From an uncultured Phycisphaerales bacterium (lineage in GTDB: Bacteria; Planctomycetota; Phycisphaerae; Sedimentisphaerales; Anaerobacaceae), in contig CAVYYI010000004.1 in assembly GCA_963772725.1 (NCBI GenBank), forward strand, positions 96,001 to 160,000: 64,000 nt of DNA, read 5' to 3'. A program made the translations under genes and the position numbers. Positions 32,092 through 42,233 of this stretch are shown piece by piece (positions within the stretch are counted from its first letter, which is position 1; every line of letters starts with the position of its first letter). The notes under the pieces were generated by a model that was not told where the DNA came from, ran no database searches, and saw nothing but the letters and a program-made list of their open reading frames with translations.

Positions 32092-32401
32092 AACCTACGG
32101 ATGAAACCCATATTCCCGACACTCGTTTTCTCTCCCAGAAGTTCAAAGACGACGTCCGATTTGTCCTCGAATCTTTGGGCCTCGAGTCAAATTTTGGAAA
32201 CTTCAAACGATGGGATCGGTTCATAAATTGGTCGGCCCTGGCATCCAACCTACAATCGCCTACCAGAGTGAGCCCGGCCCCATGCTCGATATGCGGTCAA
32301 CACGACAAATTTATGGTTGAGATAATCGACACAAACAAGAAAGCTTGCTCCAGATGTTGGAGTAAGGTTCAGAAATGTATAAGTGAAAGGAGAAATTAAG
32401 A

Positions 32402-32857
32402 ATGCTTAAAAATTACACATCAATGGTTCCTGCGTTGAGGTCGATAGCTTACATCGAAGCAAAGCTGATTGAGCATGGCGCAACACAAATAGTAAAATTT
32501 TATGGCCCAACTGGAATGATTGCAAGTTTATGTTTTGTGGTTCCATTAAACGGAGTTGATATACCTTTTAGACTTCCCGCCAGAGTTTTCGAATGCGAAA
32601 AGAAACTTAAACAAAACTTATCCCCTCGCGCAAAGTCCGAGACTATACAGAAAATACCACAGCAGGCAGAGAGAACGGCATGGAAGATTCTTAGTGACTG
32701 GGTTGAGGCACAGATGGCCATGATTGAACTTGCTCAGGTTGAATTCACAGAAGTATTCATGCCTTATATTTTTAATCATCAAAAAGGACAAACTGTCTTT
32801 GAGATATTCAAAGAGCATAAATTCAAAGCGTTATTAACTGATAAAGCAGGAGCATAA
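32402..32857 (+). CDS. Phage hypothetical protein
   Basis: AAGGAG RBS; QAERTAWKILSDWVEAQMAMIE..EVFMPY motif. Confidence 0.65.
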   Translation: MLKNYTSMVPALRSIAYIEAKLIEHGATQIVKFYGPTGMIASLCFVVPLNGVDIPFRLPARVFECEKKLKQNLSPRAKSETIQKIPQQAERTAWKILSDWVEAQMAMIELAQVEFTEVFMPYIFNHQKGQTVFEIFKEHKFKALLTDKAGA

Positions 32858-32860
32858 ATC

Positions 32861-33121
32861 ATGACCCCCACCGAAGTAAATAAACTATGGGAAACATACG
32901 GCAATCAGGCATGGGCCAAGTGCATACCGCAGGTCAGAGAGATATTAAACAATCTCGCATTAAGCGATGACATTCCCGCGGATCAGGCCAAGTCCATTGT
33001 CCAAACGGCATCAATGGCCGCTGCGAGGGCTTACCGCCTTGGATTTAAGATTGGGAGCCTGGTTGGTGAGCGAGAGGCTAAGTCAGTGAAGATTATAACG
33101 GATTTAACACAGAGGAATTAA
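32861..33121 (+). CDS. Hypothetical protein
   Basis: 86 aa ORF with AGGAG RBS. Confidence 0.55.
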   Translation: MTPTEVNKLWETYGNQAWAKCIPQVREILNNLALSDDIPADQAKSIVQTASMAAARAYRLGFKIGSLVGEREAKSVKIITDLTQRN

Positions 33122-33282
33122 GTAATGCCCCAAATAACTAACCAACACGCCGATTCGCTCTCCAGAATAGTCAAGCTGATGAAGTTGATAATTGTTAAAC
33201 GTAACGAGACCCAACGCTCCGTTGTCGTTGGAATATTGTGATGAGTTATTAGAGGCTTTGAAGCCGGAAAGGAATCCAAGCA

Positions 33283-33882
33283 ATGAAAACAGGACGTAAC
33301 GACCCATGCCATTGTGGCAGCGGTCGCAAATACAAGAAGTGTTGTTTGATGAAAGATGAAAGGAAAGTTATGAGTGAGGAACAAAAACAAGCAGGGCCGA
33401 GTATGGAAGAGGCAATAAAGCATCTTCACGGCTATATGAAACAGCGGGTTATACAGCACAATGCGGTAGTTCAAGTGCTGAATAACATTCTCTGCTGCCT
33501 TGAAACATTGCCGGCCAGTAAAGAGCGGGATTTCGTTAAGGCTGATTTCGAGCGGAGAATAAACGAGATGGTCGGCGAGGGCATGGGCCGCGATGCTCAG
33601 GTCACGACGGCATTGTTCAATCTGATGAAGAATTACCCCATCGTCACCAAACCACAGTTGCATAATGACAAGGAGGAACCAGTCAATGCAGAGCCAGAGA
33701 AGACGCAGGAAGCTGAACCAGCGGTATCGCAGGCAAGCGAAGAGGTACAAGAGGCCAAGTCTAATGCGGCGGTTAGTGATGCACTTGAAGGAGATGTTCA
33801 AGACGCCGCTACCGAAGTTTCCGACGTCGAGGACGAGATAGATGATATTGTTGAAGATGAGGACAAAGGCGAGGTTATTTAA
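33283..33882 (+). CDS. SEC-C motif protein with acidic tail
   Basis: GRNDPCHCGSGRKYKKCC at the N-terminus. Confidence 0.75.
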   Translation: MKTGRNDPCHCGSGRKYKKCCLMKDERKVMSEEQKQAGPSMEEAIKHLHGYMKQRVIQHNAVVQVLNNILCCLETLPASKERDFVKADFERRINEMVGEGMGRDAQVTTALFNLMKNYPIVTKPQLHNDKEEPVNAEPEKTQEAEPAVSQASEEVQEAKSNAAVSDALEGDVQDAATEVSDVEDEIDDIVEDEDKGEVI

Positions 33883-33942
33883 GTAAACGTATCGCAGGGA
33901 TGCGTTTCGTAATATGTTTTTTGAGTTTGAAAGGAGTTGGTT

Positions 33943-34191
33943 ATGGGAACGAGTTTATTAATTCAGGTTATTAAGTCGCTTGTCGCGGCGATGGTGGCAC
34001 AGCTTGACTCATTGACAGTTAAGCAGATTATCGACAAGGCGTTCGATGCCGTCGAAGAGAAGGTTGCGGCAACGCCCAACAAATGGGACGACGCCATCGT
34101 CATTCCAGTGTTGAAGGCGTTGCGTTCTGCGCTCAATGTGCCTGATAACGATGAGGCCGTCGGCGAGGTAGCGGAGCCTTCAGTTCTGTAA
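33943..34191 (+). CDS. Small amphipathic, holin-like protein
   Basis: TPNKWDDAIVIP motif; AAGGAG RBS. Confidence 0.4.
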   Translation: MGTSLLIQVIKSLVAAMVAQLDSLTVKQIIDKAFDAVEEKVAATPNKWDDAIVIPVLKALRSALNVPDNDEAVGEVAEPSVL

Positions 34192-34198
34192 ACTAACT

Positions 34199-34231
34199 GC
34201 CCGGTGTTATGGGCGCCGGGCTAACTTTTTT
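34199..34231 (+). terminator. Intrinsic terminator
   Basis: GCCCGGTG...CGCCGGGC stem followed by a T-tract. Confidence 0.6.
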
Positions 34232-34246
34232 GAGGGAGTAAAGTTT

Positions 34247-34480
34247 ATGGCAAGGAAAAACATTGAGCCAACATTGAGCAAGAACGATAGATTGCAGGTC
34301 AGGGCGTTTCAGATGCTTTATGATTTACGGAAACTTGAGCAGGGTTGCGATATAGCTTTCGCCTCGGCGGTTACTGATACGAGCGACGAAGTCTTTCAGC
34401 GAGCGATAAGACGCAGGCCTGAAATGATAAATCAATGGGAAAGAGAATTTTTATCGAGACGGAAAGGAATAGCGATATGA
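34247..34480 (+). CDS. Hypothetical protein
   Basis: 77 aa ORF with GGAG RBS. Confidence 0.55.
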   Translation: MARKNIEPTLSKNDRLQVRAFQMLYDLRKLEQGCDIAFASAVTDTSDEVFQRAIRRRPEMINQWEREFLSRRKGIAI

Positions 34481-34845
34481 AGTTTATAACAATACTTTTA
34501 GCGGCAATAACCGGAGCGTTCGACGTAGTTAAACGCTTGTTTGATAGGGCAGATAAGAAGCAAAAAGACAAAGAGGACGCGGCCCACGACGCATCGAGCA
34601 ATATCTTCATGTGCCTGGCACTGTGTGTTTTGCTGGCGGGCTGTAATAATATCCACCTGGGCGATACGCCAATAACGTTTGACCCTAACGATTATCAGCC
34701 ATTGAAGGCAGGGCAATCATTCACCGCTCCAAAGGACGGCGTTTATTTCAGCCGTGACGCGGCGAGCAAGTGGATTAAGTCAAAGATATTCGAGTATGAG
34801 TTGAACAAAAACGGCTTTAACGTGAACAAGGACGATAAAAAATGA
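34477..34845 (+). CDS. Membrane protein with internal lipobox (spanin-like)
   Basis: N-terminal hydrophobic anchor, charged linker, then MCLALCVLLAGC. Confidence 0.45.
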   Translation: MKFITILLAAITGAFDVVKRLFDRADKKQKDKEDAAHDASSNIFMCLALCVLLAGCNNIHLGDTPITFDPNDYQPLKAGQSFTAPKDGVYFSRDAASKWIKSKIFEYELNKNGFNVNKDDKK

Positions 34846-35216
34846 ACACTTATATTGTTAAAGATCATTTTATACCCAACAATCTGGAAACCGAAAAGTG
34901 TTATATCAACAAAGAATGGTGGTATGCAAGGACTCTTATCAGGTTATCCGAAGATTTCCCTGTCTTCGAAGTGGATGTGTCGAGCATTGATTTAGGCGTT
35001 ATGCCGTGGAATGTCGGCAATATATTGATGATACTTGACCACGTTAACGACATCAACAATTGTGATTTAAGTTATCCAGTAATAATGAGCCCGACTGGAT
35101 GGATAATGAACGGTTGGCATAGAGTGGCGAAGGCGATATTAACAGGTGTTCAGAAAATTAAAGCTGTGCGTTTTCAGGAATTACCGCCAGCAGATGGAGT
35201 ATCAAATGAGCAGTAA
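34842..35216 (+). CDS. ParB/Srx-like domain protein
   Basis: DLSYPVIM..GWIMNGWHRVAKA. Confidence 0.65.
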   Translation: MNTYIVKDHFIPNNLETEKCYINKEWWYARTLIRLSEDFPVFEVDVSSIDLGVMPWNVGNILMILDHVNDINNCDLSYPVIMSPTGWIMNGWHRVAKAILTGVQKIKAVRFQELPPADGVSNEQ

Positions 35217-35430
35217 CCAAAACGAAAAACTAACCTCGCGGAAAGTCTCCGACGAATTCCACGTGAACCAGTCAACGCTACGCGGCTGGCGGCGATGCCG
35301 GACGTTCGATAAGCGATATCCGCGGTTCCATAAGCTGTTTACTGGCTCCGTGTTCTATCTCCGCTGCGAGATAGAGGAAGATATCAAGAAGATGGAGATT
35401 GAGGCGGGGAGAATGGAGATGGCGTTATGA
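35206..35430 (+). CDS. Excisionase-like HTH protein
   Basis: LTSRKVSDEFHVNQSTLRGWR...PRFHKL..SVFYLRCEIE; close to the integrase. Confidence 0.65.
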   Translation: MSSNQNEKLTSRKVSDEFHVNQSTLRGWRRCRTFDKRYPRFHKLFTGSVFYLRCEIEEDIKKMEIEAGRMEMAL

Positions 35431-35645
35431 GTGAGCAACAAACACTTAATCAGCAATATTGCAAAACTTGTACTGCATACCCTGATAATTGTCAGCGTTG
35501 CATTAACTGGAAGCGGGAAAAAGATATTGAAGCCATAAAAGCCTCTTTAGACCCACTCATTCACCTCGATGAACTTATTTATGAACATCATCGACCGTTA
35601 TTACAAAAGTTTATTACTGGTATCAAAGCCACTCATTCACCTTAA
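35427..35645 (+). CDS. Hypothetical protein
   Basis: 72 aa with CxxC...CxxC; ATGA-coupled. Confidence 0.45.
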   Translation: MSEQQTLNQQYCKTCTAYPDNCQRCINWKREKDIEAIKASLDPLIHLDELIYEHHRPLLQKFITGIKATHSP

Positions 35646-36693
35646 GCGTATTCACCCCATCCCTCTTGGCCGATTCCTCGGTTTTAATGTAATGCTTCAT
35701 AGTCGTTTCGATATTCGCATGGTTGTACATCTCTTGCAGAGCCTTGATTGGCACGCCGGCGTCAGCTTGCATAGAGCCGAATGTACGGCGCAGATCGTGG
35801 AATTCAATATCCTCTAATCCTGCACGTTTTCTAATCACTTCCCACTTCTTTGAGAACTTGAACTTGAAGAACTTCACTTGTTTGTCGCTAACCTCTTCCA
35901 GAATGAATCGCTCTATTTCAGGCATCAATGCGTTTGGCAATGGCTGATAGTTCGTGACCTTGCCAGTTTTCTGGTTGATGATGCTTACGGTTTTTCGCTC
36001 GATGTTCACGTCTCTTAGTTTGAGATTGTCGATATCGGAGCGACGCAGGCCAGTGCATACCGCGATTAATATCCTCATACGCCATTGCTTATCATCGGCG
36101 CAGGCGATGAGCAATTCCTTTACCTCGCGGTTATTGAGTATTCTGATTTGCTTGCCGTCAGCCTTAACGTTCTTGATTTCAATCTCGCTTATGAACCGAT
36201 GCTTCACGCCCCAGTTGATTATGGCCCTGAAGTTTCGGATGTGCTTATTGATCGTGTTCGGGCTAAGCTTCACGTAAACTTTCTTGTCTTTTGTGGTTTG
36301 AAGTTTGTCCAGCCGCTTAGAGTCTCGGCCCTGCAATCTCGATATGAATTCGTTCATTGTTGACATATTGACCGACGCCGTACTTGCCACTTGGCAATAC
36401 TTATCGAACAGGTTCATGGTGTTTGTGATGTCGGCAATGCTGTGTGACGCCAGGCCCTCGACCTTCTTTTGCTTGAAGTATTGCTCCTTGAACGCTGACC
36501 ATGGAATATCGATCACGGACCCGATAGGCCTGACGTCGGCATTGAGTTCGGCAAACTTGCGGGCCTTGAACGTAGCGACGTATTTTTTGTACTCTGGCAT
36601 GAAATACTTAGACCGCCTTCGTCCAGAGTCATCGTACCATTCGACGTACTGACCGGGAATACCCTTCCTCACTGTCACCCACACTTTGCGCAT
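35623..36693 (-). CDS. int: Tyrosine recombinase (prophage integrase)
   Basis: TGLRRSD, QKTGK, FHDLRRTF, HANIETTMKHY; next to tRNA 3' end. Confidence 0.95.
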   Translation of the reverse strand: MRKVWVTVRKGIPGQYVEWYDDSGRRRSKYFMPEYKKYVATFKARKFAELNADVRPIGSVIDIPWSAFKEQYFKQKKVEGLASHSIADITNTMNLFDKYCQVASTASVNMSTMNEFISRLQGRDSKRLDKLQTTKDKKVYVKLSPNTINKHIRNFRAIINWGVKHRFISEIEIKNVKADGKQIRILNNREVKELLIACADDKQWRMRILIAVCTGLRRSDIDNLKLRDVNIERKTVSIINQKTGKVTNYQPLPNALMPEIERFILEEVSDKQVKFFKFKFSKKWEVIRKRAGLEDIEFHDLRRTFGSMQADAGVPIKALQEMYNHANIETTMKHYIKTEESAKRDGVNTLKVNEWL

Positions 36694-36780
36694 GGCCAAA
36701 ATCCTATCACAATTTAAACTTGATTTCCAGTTCTTTTTGTTGCTCTCGTTGGTTATACCGTGGTGATACGTCACCACAAA

Positions 36781-36823
36781 TAAAAAGCATTAACGTATCT
36801 AACTGCTGATATTTTAATGCTTT
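36781..36823 (-). terminator. Hairpin/terminator downstream of tRNA-Arg
   Basis: AAAGCATTAA...TTAATGCTTT inverted repeat with T-tract. Confidence 0.55.
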
Positions 36824-36828
36824 ACCAC

Positions 36829-36902
36829 TGCGCCCGACAGGAATCGAACCTGTAACCTTCGGATTCGAAGTCCGGCACTCTATCCAGTTGAGCTACGGGC
36901 GC
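36829..36902 (-). tRNA. tRNA-Arg(TCG); prophage attachment site
   Basis: GCGCCCGTAGCTCAACTGGATAGAGTGCCGGAC-TTCGA-ATCCGAAGGTTACAGGTTCGATTCCTGTCGGGCGCA. Confidence 0.95.
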
Positions 36903-37248
36903 TAAACCTAAACGAAAAACAAGTTCAGAAAAATCCTCTCTAACTTTACACCCAACAGCCCAATTTTGCAAGAGGCGATTTTCCGGTGGAACCCAAATTG
37001 TCAAAGAGCTTAAAAACCGCTTATTGCAGCATAAAAATCTTTATGAAAAATCAATCAAGTTGAGTAAAAATCTGATATTTGGTATTTGATAAATGTATCC
37101 CCGGCGCCACAAAAGAAGCCGGGGCAATTCTTCAGTCTGCCGGAGCTTTCCTCAAGGGACTTGGAAGTTGATTAATAAGAATATGTTGGGCCTCGCTTGT
37201 TCATAGGTGATTTTCTGTTTTTTCGGCGGTGATTAAAACGCTGGCAGT

Positions 37249-38450
37249 TCAGGATCTGGATACCGGGATAATAGCCATGCCTTCAACCTCAATCAGCCAC
37301 CCGGGGCGGCAGACACGGGCCAGAACAACATCAATTGGAGCATCACTGAAACGTTTCCGCATCATCTGTTGCGCAGCAATATAATCGCTTGGGTCGCGTA
37401 CATATACGATGAATACACACATATCCTTAAAAGTGGCGCCGGCCTGCTTCAGCAGTGCCTCTGTGTTTTCAAGTGTTCGCTCAAGCTGTCGCGACACATC
37501 GCCGGGATGCAGAATTTCGCCTTTACGGTCAATACTGGCCGTTCCTGAAATGAAAATATGTTTGCGGTCTTTATAATCAATCGAGGTTGCCCGTTCAAAA
37601 GTAACGCCATATAAATATGTCGGGCTCAAATGATCCGGCGCCGATAAAAATTTAATCTGTTCTTGCCGTATGCCTGAAATCGCATAAGCGTCCATAGTAA
37701 CCATAGCGGCTGGGTTAATATAATCGCCTTCAACGCCCGTGCTTGCTATAAAGTGTGTATCCTGCGTCAAACCATGCTTAGCGAAAAATTCTTTCCTCGC
37801 TTCTGTCATCCCGTGATAATTAGCATCAATATTCTGCACAAATAGCCACGTGCGAATCACATTGTCCGCCAGGGACATACCGCGTCTTTGTAAAATGGTA
37901 TTGTATTTCTCGAAGATACATTTTGTTTGTTCGTATGATGTGTTCTTGTTCAGGCTTGTAATGCCTGTTGTCCAGTGGTGTGAAAGGCCGCCGCGCTTCA
38001 TGGTCAAAGTGTTGCCGTCTTTTATTTTGTCCGTGCGAACAGGATCACTTACGTGATAAGCCCACAGCGACACTTTTGCCGGTGGAGCAGGGTGCTGACG
38101 TACCCACGACACAGCACAGGATTCATCTTTATTCCTGGGATTGGCGAAAGGATTTGCCTCCAGGGCTGCCGATTGATTCAGCAGGTCGCTGCAAAAGAAC
38201 CGCCGCAGAAGCGCTGTCCGCTATCCAGCCCAATCGAATCCATCGCGTTCTTATATGCCGCAAACACCCATTCCAATTGCGTCTCAAAACTTGCGTATTC
38301 TGTGGGCTGCACGACAAGATGATATTCTTCAACTCCGTCTTGTCCCTGGAAACGGGATATATTCACCTCCGCCGATAGCTTTCCACAGTCAAAGGAGTAA
38401 CAATTCATCAAATTCTCCGTCAAAATATCGTTATTAATTGCTTTTGTCAT
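37249..38450 (-). CDS. Rid (YjgF)-family hydrolase, chorismatase-like (frameshifted in assembly)
   Basis: IRTWLFV, IASTG, GVTFERAT, ISGTASI, VCRPGWLIEVEG; pieces in three frames. Confidence 0.75.
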
Positions 38451-38469
38451 AATAGCATTCTTTACAATT

Positions 38470-40808
38470 TCATTGCTGTACAACTTCAAACGGTATTGCC
38501 GGCAATACGCCGAGCGAAACCCGCTGTTTTTGTGCAGCTTTATTGGCCTGACGCATAGTCTCCATATTGGTAAACGCCTCGACAATCAGATTGTCCTTGT
38601 ATCCAGCCTGAACCACTTTTTCATCGGCCTTTAAAACTAACACAATTTCGTCGCTCTCAACTGTTGCTTTCTGAAGCGTCATGCCTTTAGGCGGTTCGCT
38701 CAGTTCGACCTGCACATTTTGAGCATAGGTTTTTTCCACATTTTAATTCTTGCCTTGGCGCTGCCGCCCGCGGGAATCTTAATTTCACTGCCCCCGCTCA
38801 ATTCAAAGCTTGGCGCAGAACGCCTCGTTTTCAAAACCAAAACCATAAGTTCCTGTGATGGCACCAAATGCTGATATACAAACGCCTGCATCATATCTTG
38901 TGCCGGAATAGCCCGTCTGCCAATCATTTGCCCACCGATTACGGCACGGCCTTCCAATTGCAGGACAACAGGCTCATCAAGTAAATCATCTGGCGCCGTC
39001 AGCGTCATGCGGATACGGTCCCGGCCGCCGGGAATCCGCCCGCCGCTCAAGCTTGAAACCGGCAGGGGCGTCTTTGAACACCACTTCAATATCGCCGTTA
39101 AATCCTTCTTTTCTGAAATGCGTGAGCACAGATTAGCAACGCTTCGCCCAACTGGCACACTTATGCTCGATGGCGTTACATAGACCGCAAAGTCCGGCCG
39201 CGGCGGCCCGATACGCAGCCGATAGCCGTATTCCTTGCCGCCGTGGTGCTGCGCATCGCTCAACTGCACATAATATGTTCCGTCTTTTGGCAGCTTGGCA
39301 TTTATATATGAATCGCCGTAATGCGTCTGCAGGCCCATCTGCTTATCCTCGTGGTCGTCATTCCATGCAAGCACTTTTCCCGACGCGTCGGTCAGCCGAA
39401 GCAGCGAATCCAGCGGCGAACCCAATCGGCGGGCATACACTTCAGCGACCATTTCATCGCCGGTATGTCCTTCGAATTAAATACGTCAGTGTCGCCGGAT
39501 TTTGCGATACGGCCGTTGATGATCACCGGCAGCGATGATTTGCTGAGCATTCTGTAAGGTATCATTGATTTCGATTTCATTGCATTCAGGCAGAGTATCC
39601 ACGGCATACAGAATACTGTTGGAAAGCCATTTATTCTGCTGCAATGCCGCCTCGCGAATATTGTCATGCCCGGCTGCGTATCCAGGCCAGCGTTTTTTGG
39701 AGGAGATTCCAGCCGCCGATTGAAGCGACCGTCGCCACACCCGTTTGACCGCCCAGCGGGAACATCTGCGAGATGAACGGCTGTTCGCTAATCGCTGACG
39801 CGATAGACAAAATCCTCCCGTCCGCGATAAATGGCATCGTGTATCTCCATCTCATATTCGCCATCTCTCGGAATCTCATAGTAAAGCACCGGGTCGGGAT
39901 CAAAGCGGTAATCGTCCGCAGACGCCAATTCGTTGCCGTTAGCATCATACACGGCCACCGTGGCCTGAAACCAGCCCGGAACGGCATCGGCAAGATACGG
40001 GATAAGACGGCGAGCGTGCGTTTCTATCACAAGATGCTGCCCCGCCGAGCCGAAAACGGAAACGGTCAACTTCGCCCGGCATAATCTGTCCATTCAGCAG
40101 AACAGGCAATATTCACCGCTGCCATTTCGGGTTTATCGGGTCCTTGAATTTCGGTTCACGAATTTCCGGCAGAGTCCCAACCTCAAAGCACAACGGATTT
40201 GTCAGACCGACCGTTGTTCCAATACGCAGTTCCCTGTCGCCCGGCATCGCATTGGGATCAATAGTAACTTTAATAATCCGTTTCAGCAATCTGCATATTC
40301 TGCTGTTTTTTCGGATTGAAAAATTCTTTCGTTAAATCCTGCAATTCTTTGAAGGCTCATATTTTCAAGATTCTTCAAGCAGCGGATGATCCGGCAGAAC
40401 TTAATCTCTTCTTTCGCATTCGGGTTGACCTTTTCGATATTCTCAGTTTTTTGTAAGCTCCTGGCGCTGCGCATAGATGCCCGGCCTTTCGTATCGGCGA
40501 ATTGCCCAATTTTTCCTGCCGCAACTGCCGTATTATATACATTCGCATTTCCTGTAAGCTGTTTTTGATTGAGCGGCTTGACATACTGTTATCACTGTGG
40601 CATGTACTCCTTCCCCTGAAATATACACACTGTCGGCACCCTGAAGATACTGTCCGCCGGCTGTAATATCAAAGGTGGAACCCTGCTGCCCGCCAGCCGG
40701 ATAAAGATAGCCGATATGCGGCTCTTTTTTATCTGTTGCACCGATAGGAACGGCCTCGCATGCGGCAATAATCATCAACAGTAAGCAGCAGTTTTTAGAT
40801 AATTTCAC
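38470..40808 (-). CDS. Planctomycete PPC-domain (pre-peptidase C-terminal) protein, multiple frameshifts
   Basis: PHIGYLYPAGGQQG, AEVYARRLGSPLDSLL, AIYRGREDFVYR fragments. Confidence 0.75.
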
Positions 40809-40824
40809 GACATCGCTCCGAACT

Positions 40825-42191
40825 TTACATAATCTCACTTAAGCGGTTTTCTTTAGCCGACGGCATAACCTGAACATTCAATCCTCGCGGGTTTGGCATC
40901 TGGCCATCGGGGTCAATGCCCAGCAGTTCATACATGCTGGCGATCAAATCTTGCGGATGCACTGGCCGCTTTGCCACTTCCTCGCCTGTTGCGTTCGGAT
41001 GCCCCGATGACATGCCCGCCTTTGAATCCGCCGCCTGCGACCACCGCGCAGAAGCACTTGCCATAATGTCCCCGCCCGCCGTTCCATGGTGATTCCCACT
41101 GGACTTTCGGCGTTCGTCCGAATTCGCCGCCCCACCACACAATGGTACTGTCGAGCAGACCGCGGTCGCTCAAATCCTGCAGCAGCGTGGCCATACCCTT
41201 ATCCATTTCCGGCAGCTTCTGCCGCATCGCCTCAAAGTGCTGTTTATGTGTGTCCCATCCTTTGTAGTTAATGGTAATATACGGCACGCCGTTTTCGACA
41301 AGCCGCCGCGCCATCAGGCAGCTCTGCCCGAAAGTATTGCGGCCGTATTGGTCCCTAAGTTCATCTTTTTCCTTCGACAAATCAAAGAGCTTTCCGCCAT
41401 CGCCGAGAATCAAATCGTAGGCCTTCTCCTCACATGCGTCAAGCTGTGCAAATTGCTTGTTTCCCGGCATCGCTTTGCCGAGCGAATCGAGATCGTGGAG
41501 CAGTTCACGCCGGTTTTTCTGCCGCTCATCGGAAATACCCTCCGCGACAACTCCCGACACGACAAAACGTTTCTTGCTTGGGTCGCCGCCGGTGGCAAAG
41601 GGCTTGCACCGCGGCCACAAAAATCCCACTTCTGAAAATCGCCCCTGAAGTTCCGTCAGCACGATATACGGCGGAATCAGTCCCTTTATAGCCGTGGTCA
41701 TATCCCTTGAACAGCGACACAACCGCCCCCACACTCGGATAAACCAGCCTGTCGCCGGCTGTGCCTGCCGCCCGTCTGCACCATATATGCTGCTGTTTCA
41801 TGGGCGTTGATGCCGTGGGTCATACTGCGGATGATTGAATACTTGTCAGCCTGTTTGGCCAAGCAGCGGCAGCAGTTCGCATATTTGTATCCCCGGTACA
41901 TTGGTCGCAATCGGATGATTCAACGGCCCGCAATAATCATTGCCCGCCTCCGGCTTTGGGTCGAACGTATCTAAATGCGATGGCCCGCCCCACAGCCATA
42001 TCTGGATAACAGATTTGGCTCGCGAGCCTCCGTCCTTGGCCTGTACCGATTGAACATCGGTTGCACACCCTCATTTGCGCCAAACGCCTTCAAACTGAAA
42101 CGATTCGAAGCTAACAGCCCGCTCGCTCCATAAGCCCCCATTTCATCATCTCACGCCGTGTTAAAGCATTTATGTTTTTATCTTTGCTCAT
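40825..42191 (-). CDS. DUF1501 Tat-exported protein, multiple frameshifts
   Basis: TRREM Tat motif, WLWGGPSHLDTFDPKP, GWDTH, GEFGRTPK, GGRGH. Confidence 0.85.
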
Positions 42192-42233
42192 ATTCGTTAC
42201 CTTATCATAATCATAACCATTATTAAATCCGGT

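Larger units (their letters stand above)
1..36828. mobile_element. Podovirus-like prophage (right part) integrated at the 3' end of tRNA-Arg; left end lies outside the window
   Basis: Tail/ejection, switch, replication, excisionase and tyrosine integrase modules in phage order, abutting the tRNA 3' end. Confidence 0.93.

Noticed and set aside
1..36828. Stop-codon reassignment in the prophage
   Set aside because: Genes pack tightly under the standard code; breaks are frame changes, not in-frame stops
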